Assembly (NCBI GenBank): GCA_031285625.1
Contig: JAITVV010000070.1
Span: forward strand, 32,001-96,000
Length of the DNA stretch: 64,000 bases
Source of the DNA: Prevotella sp.
GTDB lineage: Bacteria; Bacteroidota; Bacteroidia; Bacteroidales; Dysgonomonadaceae
Direction of reading: 5' to 3'
Positions 40,161-49,497 of the stretch are shown piece by piece (position 1 is the stretch's first letter; each line of letters opens with the position of its first letter). The notes beneath the pieces are model-generated. The model made no database searches. It saw nothing but the letters and a program-made list of their open reading frames with translations, and was not told the origin of the DNA. The position numbers and the translations under genes were made by a program.

Positions 40161-41456
40161 TTAATCAATAAAATCTACTGTTTCTTCTCCAATCATTTTG
40201 CGAAGTGTATTTTTTAGCTTCACGTATTGGATAAACAGGTCATGTTCTGCTATCTTGCTTGGTTCATGCATTGGGCTCTTGAAGTAGAATGACAGCCAAT
40301 CCTGGATTCCACTCATACCTGCACGCTTAGCTAAGTCTGAGAATAACACAAGGTCAAGGCAAAGAGGTGCAGCAAGAATTGAGTCTTTACAAAGGAAGTC
40401 TACTTTCATTTGCATTTTATAGCCTAACCAGCCGAAAAGGTCGATATTATCCCATCCTTCTTTATCGTCATTGCGAGGAGGGTAATAATTGATACGAACC
40501 TTGTGGTAAACATTACCGTAAAGTTCCGGATATAATTCTGGCTGAAGAATATTATCAATAACCGAAAGTTTTGATTCTTCTTTAGTTTTGAATGAACCCG
40601 GATCGTCAAGTACTTCTCCGTCACGATTACCAAGAATATTGGTAGAGAACCATCCGTTAAGACCAAGCATACGAGTCTTGAACATAGGAGACAGTACTGT
40701 CTTCAACATTGTCTGGCCTGTTTTGAAGTCTTTTCCGCAAATCGGAGTCTGAGTTTTAGCAGCAAGTTCCCACATAGCAGGAATATCAACTGTCAGGTTA
40801 GGTGCGCCATTGATATATGGGATACCCATAGATACCACTGCATATGCATAAACGTTTGAAGGAGCGATATCTTTATGATTTTCCTTCATACCCTTTTCTA
40901 AGGCAGCAAGCGACTTGTGAACTTCTCCAAGTGGTGTAAATACTTCTGTACTACCGCACCAGATAACCACGATACGGTCGCAATTATTTTCTTTCTTGAA
41001 ATTTTCGATGTCTTGTTTTACCTGTTCCATCAAATCCCATTTTGTAGGAGCCGATTTCACCCATGTGCCATGAAGACGCTTAACAAAGTCCTGATCGAAA
41101 ACAGCTTTCATTGGCTTGATAGCTTCCATTTCGTCTTTTACTTTGTCCAAATCATCTCTTGTTAAAACATCAGCATGTTTTGCAGCTTCGTAAGCATTTT
41201 CTTCAAAGATATCCCATCCTCCGAAAACAACATCCTTTAGATCTGCTAAAGGCACTGCATCCTTAATTTTAGGGAAGCGGTTTTCTTCTCTTTTCCCTAA
41301 ACGCATTGTAGCCAATTGAGTAATTGACCCTACAGGAACCCCTTGTCCTTTACGTGTTAATAACGTTCCTGCCATGAATGTTGTAGCAACCGCTCCAACA
41401 CCAATTGTTAGAATACCAAGTTTACCCTTGGCTTCTTTCACTTGTACTTTTTCCAT
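40161..41456 (-). CDS. ino1: Myo-inositol-1-phosphate synthase
   Basis: GGWD, WCGSTE, NGAPN, GKDFKTGQT, STNILGNRDG, DSILAAP, SFYFKSP. Confidence 0.95.
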   Translation of the reverse strand: MEKVQVKEAKGKLGILTIGVGAVATTFMAGTLLTRKGQGVPVGSITQLATMRLGKREENRFPKIKDAVPLADLKDVVFGGWDIFEENAYEAAKHADVLTRDDLDKVKDEMEAIKPMKAVFDQDFVKRLHGTWVKSAPTKWDLMEQVKQDIENFKKENNCDRIVVIWCGSTEVFTPLGEVHKSLAALEKGMKENHKDIAPSNVYAYAVVSMGIPYINGAPNLTVDIPAMWELAAKTQTPICGKDFKTGQTMLKTVLSPMFKTRMLGLNGWFSTNILGNRDGEVLDDPGSFKTKEESKLSVIDNILQPELYPELYGNVYHKVRINYYPPRNDDKEGWDNIDLFGWLGYKMQMKVDFLCKDSILAAPLCLDLVLFSDLAKRAGMSGIQDWLSFYFKSPMHEPSKIAEHDLFIQYVKLKNTLRKMIGEETVDFID

Positions 41457-41721
41457 TTTGTTAATTTAATTTTAAAATACACTGCAACCCGCAGCAATCC
41501 TTTAAACTGGAGATCTTACTTCATCGGGATATTATCTCCTTCATCCATAAAACCCTATATAATAGTATAGCTTCAGTGAAAATCTGTTTTATTTTATTCT
41601 CCCAACCCGGGCTTTTCTACCATACAAACGGCATCCATTATTAAAACAAATAGTCATTCTGACTCTACAATATTATCAAAGTATCCAAGTAAGGTCGTTA
41701 GACCTTTTCATTACTTTTCTT

Positions 41722-42447
41722 TCAATCTAATTGAAAGGCAGCCTTCAACTCCATGAAGTCTGTTATGATCAGATCCGCAGTCGCATCTTCATCGTCGTCG
41801 CCCCATCCGAGCCCTTTAAGCCAGATAGTCTGACAACCATTCTTCGATGCAGGAACAATGTCCTTTGTATAAGAATCTCCAATAACCACTATTGAAGAAC
41901 CTGGTAAGCCCAGCTTATCCACTCCTAATCCAAATATAGCAGGATCAGGCTTTCTTACACCCACAACGGCTGACTCTATAATATCATCAAAGTATTCAAG
42001 TAATCCAAAATCGCTAATCACAGCTTGTACATTTCCGTAGAAATTTGAAACCAATACCATTGGATAACGATTTTTAAGTGCAGTAAGCAAACTTTTCTCC
42101 TTACTTATCAAATTCCTGACAAAGTTATAACATTGATCGGAAATAGCAATACTAAAATTAATTGATATGTCGTTTTTAGTTAAAAAGCCTTTCTCTATCA
42201 AGTAATTGATTTGTAAATCGACTTTCTTTTTGAGTAGAATATGAAAATTGTCTTCCGGAAGTATGACAAGATTTGTTGCCAGATAACGCTCTGCATATAC
42301 ATAAGCTTCGCGAAACTGCTCTTTGGTCACTGGCACTTTCTGATCTTGGTATGATTCCCACAATACTTCAGCCCAGTGTTTACCATTACTGTCAATGGTT
42401 CCTCCGTAGTCGAAGATTATACCCTTTACTTTTGCTAAGTCAAACAT
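41722..42447 (-). CDS. HAD family hydrolase
   Basis: FDYGGTID, VSN, RKPDP, IGDSYTKD. Confidence 0.88.
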   Translation of the reverse strand: MFDLAKVKGIIFDYGGTIDSNGKHWAEVLWESYQDQKVPVTKEQFREAYVYAERYLATNLVILPEDNFHILLKKKVDLQINYLIEKGFLTKNDISINFSIAISDQCYNFVRNLISKEKSLLTALKNRYPMVLVSNFYGNVQAVISDFGLLEYFDDIIESAVVGVRKPDPAIFGLGVDKLGLPGSSIVVIGDSYTKDIVPASKNGCQTIWLKGLGWGDDDEDATADLIITDFMELKAAFQLD

Positions 42448-42470
42448 AATAATTATTTAGTTTCAGTTGG

Positions 42471-42478
42471 CAAAACTA
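42471..42478 (-). promoter_or_regulatory. Possible internal -7 element upstream of HAD gene
   Basis: TAGTTTTG on minus strand 24 bp upstream of the start. Confidence 0.4.
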
Positions 42479-42513
42479 TTACTTTTTATTGAAATGCCAT
42501 ATTGGATTTGAAA

Positions 42514-42999
42514 TTATATATACTTTTCCATCATACAAACCTGAAAGGGCAGATGTTCAAAAGTTTTTATAGCGGATGTCTTATAACCTTGTTTGCTATA
42601 CCATTCTTTGAGTCTGGTATTAGATTCGATCAATCCTATAGATATACGTTTCCCATCGAGTTCTTTTATTCTATTTGATGCAAAATCCATTAATTCCAGG
42701 CCAATACCTAAATGCCTCTGAGTAGGAATTACAGCCAGTTTTTCGATATAGAATGTACCCAGTGTGCTTAATGATCTTTCTATTGCAATGAATCCCAGAC
42801 TTTCATTATTATCTTCATAAACATAAAACTCTCTGTTCTCAGTTAATTGGGATTTGAGTTCATCGCAGGTAATAAAAGCATTATTGGTTGGACTGTTTTC
42901 TTTTGTTAACCCAAACTCTTGTGCTATTGTAGCGAAAGCATTATTCAATAGATGTGTTAACGCTGCAAAATCATCAGATATATCAATTTTCCTAATCAT
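42514..42999 (-). CDS. GNAT N-acetyltransferase
   Basis: KLAVIPTQRHLGIG acetyl-CoA motif, WYSKQGY; likely start MIRKID at 42999 overlapping upstream stop. Confidence 0.85.
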   Translation of the reverse strand: MIRKIDISDDFAALTHLLNNAFATIAQEFGLTKENSPTNNAFITCDELKSQLTENREFYVYEDNNESLGFIAIERSLSTLGTFYIEKLAVIPTQRHLGIGLELMDFASNRIKELDGKRISIGLIESNTRLKEWYSKQGYKTSAIKTFEHLPFQVCMMEKYI

Positions 43000-43915
43000 T
43001 ATCGTATTTACCACCTTTGATATCAATAATGAACTGTTTACAGATCTTCTCATGTCTGGTTACCATGTAGACAAGTAAAATATTCAGAACAGTCAACTCG
43101 AATACAAAGTATAACCATGGCCAGCCGATCAGTATTGATATAAAGAGTGCAATAGCTCTGGTATTAAACGAAAGAATATTGGTATATTTCATCAAAGGAA
43201 GGCTTTTCACTCTAAAGTCTTTTCTAAATGACTCTGGCGCTACCTCTCCAAATTTCTCTTTGAGTATCTTGAATAATATCTGAAGCTTTGGTGATCTGTT
43301 TTCCTGATCAGTAGTGTAATTCCGGTAAAAGAATACAACTAATTTCCCCCAGAAATTCTTTTTCCATGACAGCTCTTTGAATTTAACAGTCAATTCTACA
43401 GAATTGTCTAGTTCACTGCCTGATTTTCCTTTCAGAAACAATAAATGTACATTCCGGTAATAATCGGCCATTTCAGCCTGCTTAGAGTGAAAATAACCTG
43501 TTACGCAAGCCAGAACCCAAATCCAACCTCCCCATTCAGGATAGAGACGAAGACAAATAGCTATATAAATAGCACCAAACCATAAATTCCCAGCAAAGCC
43601 GTCTAATACACGCCCCAATGCCGAAAATTGCTTGGTCATACGAGCAAGCTGTCCGTCAGCACTGTCATAGGAATTAGCCCAAACTAATAGGAATATACCT
43701 AAGATAGAGATCCAGATATTATCAAAATAAAAACAAACTCCGGCACCGATTCCTAAGAATATGCTGGCTATTGTCACAGTATTAGGTGTAACACCCAGTT
43801 TCTGGAATAAGAGTGCCCAACGATATCCAATCGGCCGGTAGAAATGTATGTCTATAAATTCCTCTGTATCTGTAGATTTAAGTGTAGACTCAAGTGAGGG
43901 TTGCTTATTCTCCAT
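42992..43915 (-). CDS. CDP-alcohol phosphatidyltransferase
   Basis: TPNTVT and DSADGQLARMTKQFSALGRVLDG signature. Confidence 0.92.
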   Translation of the reverse strand: MENKQPSLESTLKSTDTEEFIDIHFYRPIGYRWALLFQKLGVTPNTVTIASIFLGIGAGVCFYFDNIWISILGIFLLVWANSYDSADGQLARMTKQFSALGRVLDGFAGNLWFGAIYIAICLRLYPEWGGWIWVLACVTGYFHSKQAEMADYYRNVHLLFLKGKSGSELDNSVELTVKFKELSWKKNFWGKLVVFFYRNYTTDQENRSPKLQILFKILKEKFGEVAPESFRKDFRVKSLPLMKYTNILSFNTRAIALFISILIGWPWLYFVFELTVLNILLVYMVTRHEKICKQFIIDIKGGKYDND

Positions 43916-43935
43916 TTATTACCTGATTACAAATC

Positions 43936-44799
43936 TTATTTATCCTTTATAATTTGTTTATGAATGCATTCTGCAATTTTCGGGGCTGCTTCGTCTCTGC
44001 ACGGAGCAAAGCTGGGCCAGTCATTGAAGTCGATAATCTTAAAAGAACCATCTTCTGCAACAACACAGTCTCCACCATAGACTTTCACATCCAGTATTTC
44101 CCCTGCTTTATCACAAGCTTTCTTCAAGCTTTCCACATCGAAGGGAAACTGGTGTGCCTCACCATTGATCTTTTCAAGACCAAATTTACTATGGCTTAAA
44201 TCAAAAGGGTAGAACCAATAAAAAAAGTCGGTATCAGCTACACCATAGAATTTTACTAAATCGCCAACCAGGTGTTCGTTGATAACTGCATTTGGAATAT
44301 CACGCAGTGAGAATTCTTTCAATATCGATTTTACTTCAGGAATATTACGTGCATAGGTTACATCTTCGCGATGAATTGCATGAGAGTCTCCCCTCTTAAT
44401 CCAGAATGCTTCTGCACCCATCTCTATTAAGCCTTGTGTAGGATCATCAGCTACATCGATAATGATACTAGCCGGATATGGTATATTGTTTTCAAGCAAC
44501 ATACGTGTCATTGCTTCGCGTGTGCAGTTTTCGATACCTGTTCCCGGATTAATTATTATAGCCCCTTCTTTTTCGCGTTGTTTCAATCGCTTAATGGTCG
44601 TTTTATCACGAGCCATATTGAAAATATACTTTTCTTTCTCTTCACTTAAAACAAATTCCGCTTCGGTATATTCTCTTACTTCATAATCCATATTTCTAAG
44701 GCATTCAGCTGTAAGGCTGAATATCATGCCATCATTACCAATATGGTTGGGAGAATACTTTGTTTTTCTCTTTATTCCTGCAACTTTTATTTTCGACAT
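43936..44799 (-). CDS. ATP-grasp fold protein (ITPK1-like motifs), unknown function
   Basis: IINP, NIPYP, WIKRGD, NEHLVG..VKFY, YGGDCVV, IDFNDWPSF correspond to ATP-grasp motifs. Confidence 0.7.
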   Translation of the reverse strand: MSKIKVAGIKRKTKYSPNHIGNDGMIFSLTAECLRNMDYEVREYTEAEFVLSEEKEKYIFNMARDKTTIKRLKQREKEGAIIINPGTGIENCTREAMTRMLLENNIPYPASIIIDVADDPTQGLIEMGAEAFWIKRGDSHAIHREDVTYARNIPEVKSILKEFSLRDIPNAVINEHLVGDLVKFYGVADTDFFYWFYPFDLSHSKFGLEKINGEAHQFPFDVESLKKACDKAGEILDVKVYGGDCVVAEDGSFKIIDFNDWPSFAPCRDEAAPKIAECIHKQIIKDK

Positions 44800-44825
44800 A
44801 TTGTTTAGAGATCCCCTTCTCCTAT

Positions 44826-45521
44826 TTAGTTATTTATAAAATATTCTGCCTTCTTTATATCTTCTGCATGGTCCACATCTACTATTTTTGCAAATGGATA
44901 TGCCTTTAATTGCAGTTTATCTGCAACTAGTTGACGTTGGAAATTCCGCATTCGAGATTGTCCTGATTCCAAACAGGATTCTAAAGTATCAATTGCTTTA
45001 GGTGTTAATCCATAAATTCCGCCCGAAATATATTTACTGTTTTCCGACTGATCTAGAAAACCTGTTATCGTCATCGTTTCATCAACGTCAACATATAATG
45101 GTTTCTCATCATCTATAAAGTCTGTGACAGCCATCATACCGTCACTTTCCGAATCATTTATGAATGATTGGATATATCTTGAAAATTCCTCTTCTTTAAA
45201 AATTGTGTCTACCGTTGTCAAGCAAAATTTACCATCTCTGAGAAAATTGCGAAGTTCAAAAAAGCTATGCATAGAACTGGGGGTGGACTTTACCACAACA
45301 TTAAATGGCACATCCAGTTTCAGATTAGATATGTAGTCTTGTACCTGTACCATTTCTTCATTTACAATAATACTGATCGAAGTAGCATCATTTTTCAGAA
45401 AAATATCTATCAACCGGCGAATCATTTCTGTACCGTTAAGCTTCACCAAAGGCTTTGGCAAAGTAACACCTTCTTGAGCAAGTCTGGACCCTTCTCCGGC
45501 TGCTATAATAGCATAATTCAT
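44826..45521 (-). CDS. Nucleotidyltransferase (NTP transferase; candidate CTP:inositol-1-phosphate cytidylyltransferase)
   Basis: IIAAGEGSRL...PKPLV, TTVD, DVDHAED. Confidence 0.85.
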   Translation of the reverse strand: MNYAIIAAGEGSRLAQEGVTLPKPLVKLNGTEMIRRLIDIFLKNDATSISIIVNEEMVQVQDYISNLKLDVPFNVVVKSTPSSMHSFFELRNFLRDGKFCLTTVDTIFKEEEFSRYIQSFINDSESDGMMAVTDFIDDEKPLYVDVDETMTITGFLDQSENSKYISGGIYGLTPKAIDTLESCLESGQSRMRNFQRQLVADKLQLKAYPFAKIVDVDHAEDIKKAEYFINN

Positions 45522-45554
45522 ATATTTTAACTATTTTTTAACTAAATAAAGCGA

Positions 45555-46637
45555 CTACTCATCTTCTTTAGTTAGATCTATATTTTCATCCCCACCTCTT
45601 TCCACATATAACTTCTTCAATGGATTGGCAAACGCTTTATCATATTCTTTCCTGTTCTCGAAAGTATCGATAGCCATATATATAGCTTGGCGAAACGATT
45701 CTTCAGAAGCTTTATTTTGTCCTGCTATATCGTATGCGGTACCGTGTGCAGGAGATGTGCGTATAATAGGCAATCCGGCTGTAAAGTTTACCCCGTCTTC
45801 CATTGCCAGTGTTTTGAATGGAGCCAGCCCCTGATCGTGATACATTGCCAAAATACCATCAAACCGGGAGAATTCACCTGAACCAAAGAATCCATCGGCA
45901 GAATAAGGTCCGAAACAAAGGATTTTTTTATCCTGTAATTCCCTAAGGGCCGGAGTAATAATCTCGTTCTCCTCATTTCCCAACAATCCGTTTTCACCGG
46001 CATGAGGATTTAAGGATAAAACGGCAATACGTGGTTTCCCTATCCGGAAATCACGTTTGAGGCTTTTTTCAAAACGTATTGCTGTCTCTATAATTTTTTC
46101 TTTTGTTAAAGACTTTGGCACTTCGGATAAAGGAATATGTCCCGTGACCAGTGCAATGCGTAACGAATCTTTCACAAGAATCATCAGGCTTTTGTCACCA
46201 TCTTTGCCAAAACGTTCCTCCAAATATTCGGTATGTCCCGGAAAGTGAAAATCTTCGCGTTGGATATTATGTTTATTTATAGGAGCTGTAACAAGTACAT
46301 CTATAATTTCATTTTTGAGGTCTGCAACAGCTTTTTCTAAAGACTGATAAGCAGCCTCACCCGCAACAGGTGTAGACTGTCCAAGTTCAACCTTAGTTTC
46401 CTCATTAATGCAATTTACAATGTTTACTTTATTTATTGTCGCATCTTTTGCATTACTTATCTGGTTGAAAACTACGGTTTGTAGTTCCATTGCTTTACGA
46501 TGGTAGGCAGCAACTTTTGCTGAACCATATATAACAGGAATACATATTTCAGCCATGCGGATATCCGCAAAGGTTTTAAGGATAACTTCGTATCCTATAC
46601 CGTTTATATCACCTTGTGTAATTCCTACTTTTATCAT
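45555..46637 (-). CDS. pdxA: 4-hydroxythreonine-4-phosphate dehydrogenase
   Basis: GDINGIG, TAPINK, GHTE, LNPHAGE, MYHDQGL, RTSPAHGTAYDIAG. Confidence 0.95.
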   Translation of the reverse strand: MIKVGITQGDINGIGYEVILKTFADIRMAEICIPVIYGSAKVAAYHRKAMELQTVVFNQISNAKDATINKVNIVNCINEETKVELGQSTPVAGEAAYQSLEKAVADLKNEIIDVLVTAPINKHNIQREDFHFPGHTEYLEERFGKDGDKSLMILVKDSLRIALVTGHIPLSEVPKSLTKEKIIETAIRFEKSLKRDFRIGKPRIAVLSLNPHAGENGLLGNEENEIITPALRELQDKKILCFGPYSADGFFGSGEFSRFDGILAMYHDQGLAPFKTLAMEDGVNFTAGLPIIRTSPAHGTAYDIAGQNKASEESFRQAIYMAIDTFENRKEYDKAFANPLKKLYVERGGDENIDLTKEDE

Positions 46638-46655
46638 AGTCTTTTGTTTCTTATA

Positions 46656-47690
46656 TCAATCCTTTACTTCCTTACTTTTCATTGTCGACAACATGCCACA
46701 TGCTGCAAAAATATCTTCTCCCCGTGAAGCACGTATCGTACTGGTAACACCTTTACTAGTCAGATAATCACGGAAAGCTTCCATTTTTTCCTTCGTTGAT
46801 GTTTTCAGATCAACATTAGGGATTGCATGAAAACGGATAAGGTTTACCCTACACTCGATTCCCCGAAGCATCTGTGCTAATTCTTTAGCATGCACCAAAG
46901 AATCATTAAAATTATCAAACATTATATATTCGAAAGACAACCGCCGTTGCTTTGTCCAGTCATATTGTCTTAGTAAATCCATCACCCCGAGTATTGGGAA
47001 TGCCTTTTCGGCAGGCATAATAGATAGACGCTGTTCTTTTTCGGGGCTGTGGATACTGATTGCCAGATGTGCATTACTCTCATCCAAAAAACGTTTCAAT
47101 TTAGGGGTAACCCCTGTTGTCGAAACTGTTATCCGTTTTGGACTCCATGCCATGCCATAGTCGGCAGTCATTATATCGAGTGTCTTTTTTAGTTCTTCGT
47201 AATTATCCAGAGGCTCACCCATTCCCATGAAAACTACATTGGTCAACTTCTCGGCCTCACGAACCGAATAGAGCTGATTTAAAATTTCATTGGCTGTCAG
47301 ATTTCCATTAAATCCTTGCTTTCCTGTCATACAGAACAAACAATTCATTTTACAGCCCACTTGTGAAGACACACAAAGCGTTGCCCTGTCATCTTCAGGT
47401 ATCATAACGGCTTCGATAAGTTTATCTTTTTCCGTTTTGAATAAGTATTTTACTGTACCATCTACCGATTGTTGAAACTCAAGTGGATTATATCTGCCCA
47501 CATCATATTTCTCGGCTAACAGTGCTCTGTTAGCTACAGAAATATTTGTCATTTCATCAATTGATGATACACCCTTTTTATATACCCAATCAGCAATCTG
47601 CTTTGCAGCAAATCTGGGTAAACCACACTCACCTGTAACACCATAGAACTCATCTATAGTCATTCCGAGTAAGTGCTTTTTCTCTGTCAT
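46656..47690 (-). CDS. rlmN: 23S rRNA/tRNA A C2-methyltransferase, radical SAM
   Basis: CVSSQVGCKMNCLFC, MGMGEP, AACGML. Confidence 0.96.
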   Translation of the reverse strand: MTEKKHLLGMTIDEFYGVTGECGLPRFAAKQIADWVYKKGVSSIDEMTNISVANRALLAEKYDVGRYNPLEFQQSVDGTVKYLFKTEKDKLIEAVMIPEDDRATLCVSSQVGCKMNCLFCMTGKQGFNGNLTANEILNQLYSVREAEKLTNVVFMGMGEPLDNYEELKKTLDIMTADYGMAWSPKRITVSTTGVTPKLKRFLDESNAHLAISIHSPEKEQRLSIMPAEKAFPILGVMDLLRQYDWTKQRRLSFEYIMFDNFNDSLVHAKELAQMLRGIECRVNLIRFHAIPNVDLKTSTKEKMEAFRDYLTSKGVTSTIRASRGEDIFAACGMLSTMKSKEVKD

Positions 47691-47699
47691 ATGTTGTAA

Positions 47700-47744
47700 T
47701 AGCTATTAGCTGATAGCCGCTAGAAACTAACGGCTAAAAGCTAA
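47700..47744. repeat. 7-bp-period repeat forming a hairpin
   Basis: TAGCTAT TAGCTGA TAGCCGC TAGAAAC TAACGGC TAAAAGC TAA; arms TTAGCTgaTAGCCG / CGGCTAaaAGCTAA. Confidence 0.6.
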
Positions 47745-47751
47745 TGGTTTA

Positions 47752-49098
47752 TTATATTCTTTTCTTAATCTCTGCACTCTCTTTTTCAAAACCCGGTTTA
47801 TCAAGAAGAGCAAACATATTTTTCTTATAAGCTTCTACTCCCGGTTGATCGAATGGATTTACATTCAATATATATCCACTGATACCACACGCTTTTTCGA
47901 AGAAATAAAGCAACTGACCAATGCTATACTCATCCAGTTTAGGAAGCTCTACTTTAATATTAGGAACACCACCATCTACGTGAGCAATCTGAGTACCAAG
48001 TTCCGCCATTTTGTTTACGAAATCGATACGCTTTCCTGCCAGGAAGTTCAATCCGTCAAGATTTTCCTCATCTGTTGGAACTGTCAATGTCTCATTCGGT
48101 TGAGCCACAGAAACTACTGTTTCGAAAATTGAACGCTCACCTTCCTGTATCCATTGCCCCATAGAATGCAGGTCGGCAGTAAAATCTACAGCAGCATTAA
48201 AGATGCCTTTGTTTTCTTTACCTTCGCTTTCACCATAAAGCTGTTTCCACCATTCTGCTATATAGTGCAATTTAGGGTTGAAGTTAGCTAGGATTTCTAT
48301 TTTCTTTCCTTTTTTGTATAATTCGTTACGTGTAACAGCATATATTTCTGCAATGTTTTTTTCGAAAGGAACAGACGGAGCAGTTTCTTTCTCCATATAT
48401 GCAGCTCCTGCCACCAACTGTTTGATATCAATGCCTGCCAAAGCGATAGGAAGTAATCCTACCGGAGTGAGAACTGAATAACGACCACCAACATTATCAG
48501 GAATTACATATTTCTTATATCCCTCTTTTGTAGCTAAAGTAAACAAAGCTCCACGCGCTGCATCTGTAATAGCTACAATACGATGTTTTGCTTCATCCTT
48601 CCCAACCGTTTTTTCAAGTTCTGCTTTAAGGATACGGAAAGCCAAAGCCGGTTCAGTAGTTGTTCCTGATTTGGATATATTGATAATACCGAAAGATTTG
48701 CCTTTTAGGTAAGCTAATAATTCTACAATATAATCTTCACCTATATTATTTCCTGCATATAAAATCACAGGATTTTTGCGGTCTTTTTGTAACCAGTCAA
48801 ATGCATTTGATAATGAATCTATCACTGCTCTTGAACCAAGATAGCTACCTCCGATACCGACAAGAACGATTACTTCGCATTTTGCCTTCAGTGCAGCAGC
48901 TGTATCTTCAATATCTTTAAGTTGTGCATCAGTAATTGAAGAAGGAAGATTTAACCACCCTAAGAAATCGTTTCCTTTTCCTGAACCATTGTGCAATGCT
49001 TCGTTGCTTTTTTTTGCAAGTGCAGCATGATTATTAATATCAGTCTGGCTTATAAAGCCTAGTGTTTTGCTAATGTCTAATTTGATAACCTTATCCAT
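47752..49098 (-). CDS. pgi: Glucose-6-phosphate isomerase
   Basis: [42 protein letters not shown]. Confidence 0.96.
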   Translation of the reverse strand: MDKVIKLDISKTLGFISQTDINNHAALAKKSNEALHNGSGKGNDFLGWLNLPSSITDAQLKDIEDTAAALKAKCEVIVLVGIGGSYLGSRAVIDSLSNAFDWLQKDRKNPVILYAGNNIGEDYIVELLAYLKGKSFGIINISKSGTTTEPALAFRILKAELEKTVGKDEAKHRIVAITDAARGALFTLATKEGYKKYVIPDNVGGRYSVLTPVGLLPIALAGIDIKQLVAGAAYMEKETAPSVPFEKNIAEIYAVTRNELYKKGKKIEILANFNPKLHYIAEWWKQLYGESEGKENKGIFNAAVDFTADLHSMGQWIQEGERSIFETVVSVAQPNETLTVPTDEENLDGLNFLAGKRIDFVNKMAELGTQIAHVDGGVPNIKVELPKLDEYSIGQLLYFFEKACGISGYILNVNPFDQPGVEAYKKNMFALLDKPGFEKESAEIKKRI

Positions 49099-49129
49099 AA
49101 CCTTTATTTATTTTAATATTTACTCAATT

Positions 49130-49495
49130 CTAATCCCATTCTATATCATCCCCTTCTTCTCTTACGATACGATATAATTCATCCTCGTTTTCGATAAGAG
49201 ATTTGATAATTTCAATAAATTTATCAGCACGAACTTCATTTTCGGGAGTCAGCTCATAATGTGCAACATACGAACCCGATTCAGGATCACTATCCAGACC
49301 TGTTAGTACATCCGGATGATGTTTTGTGAGATAATAGTTAAAAAAAGCATCCCAATTATAACCATTCATATAAGCCTCGTCATTAATCTCTTCCATTTTT
49401 TGACCTATGGCAAATACTTTATCTGTTTCATTCTCAAACCAGACACTTATAGAATTGTATTCTTTACTTATGTTTTTTCTAACGTATTCCTTCAT
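49130..49495 (-). CDS. Immunity protein 51 (Imm51)-like
   Basis: Acidic 121-aa protein with NGYNWD.F...L...P..L...DSDPE.GSY pattern typical of Imm51. Confidence 0.7.
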   Translation of the reverse strand: MKEYVRKNISKEYNSISVWFENETDKVFAIGQKMEEINDEAYMNGYNWDAFFNYYLTKHHPDVLTGLDSDPESGSYVAHYELTPENEVRADKFIEIIKSLIENEDELYRIVREEGDDIEWD

Positions 49496-49497
49496 GC

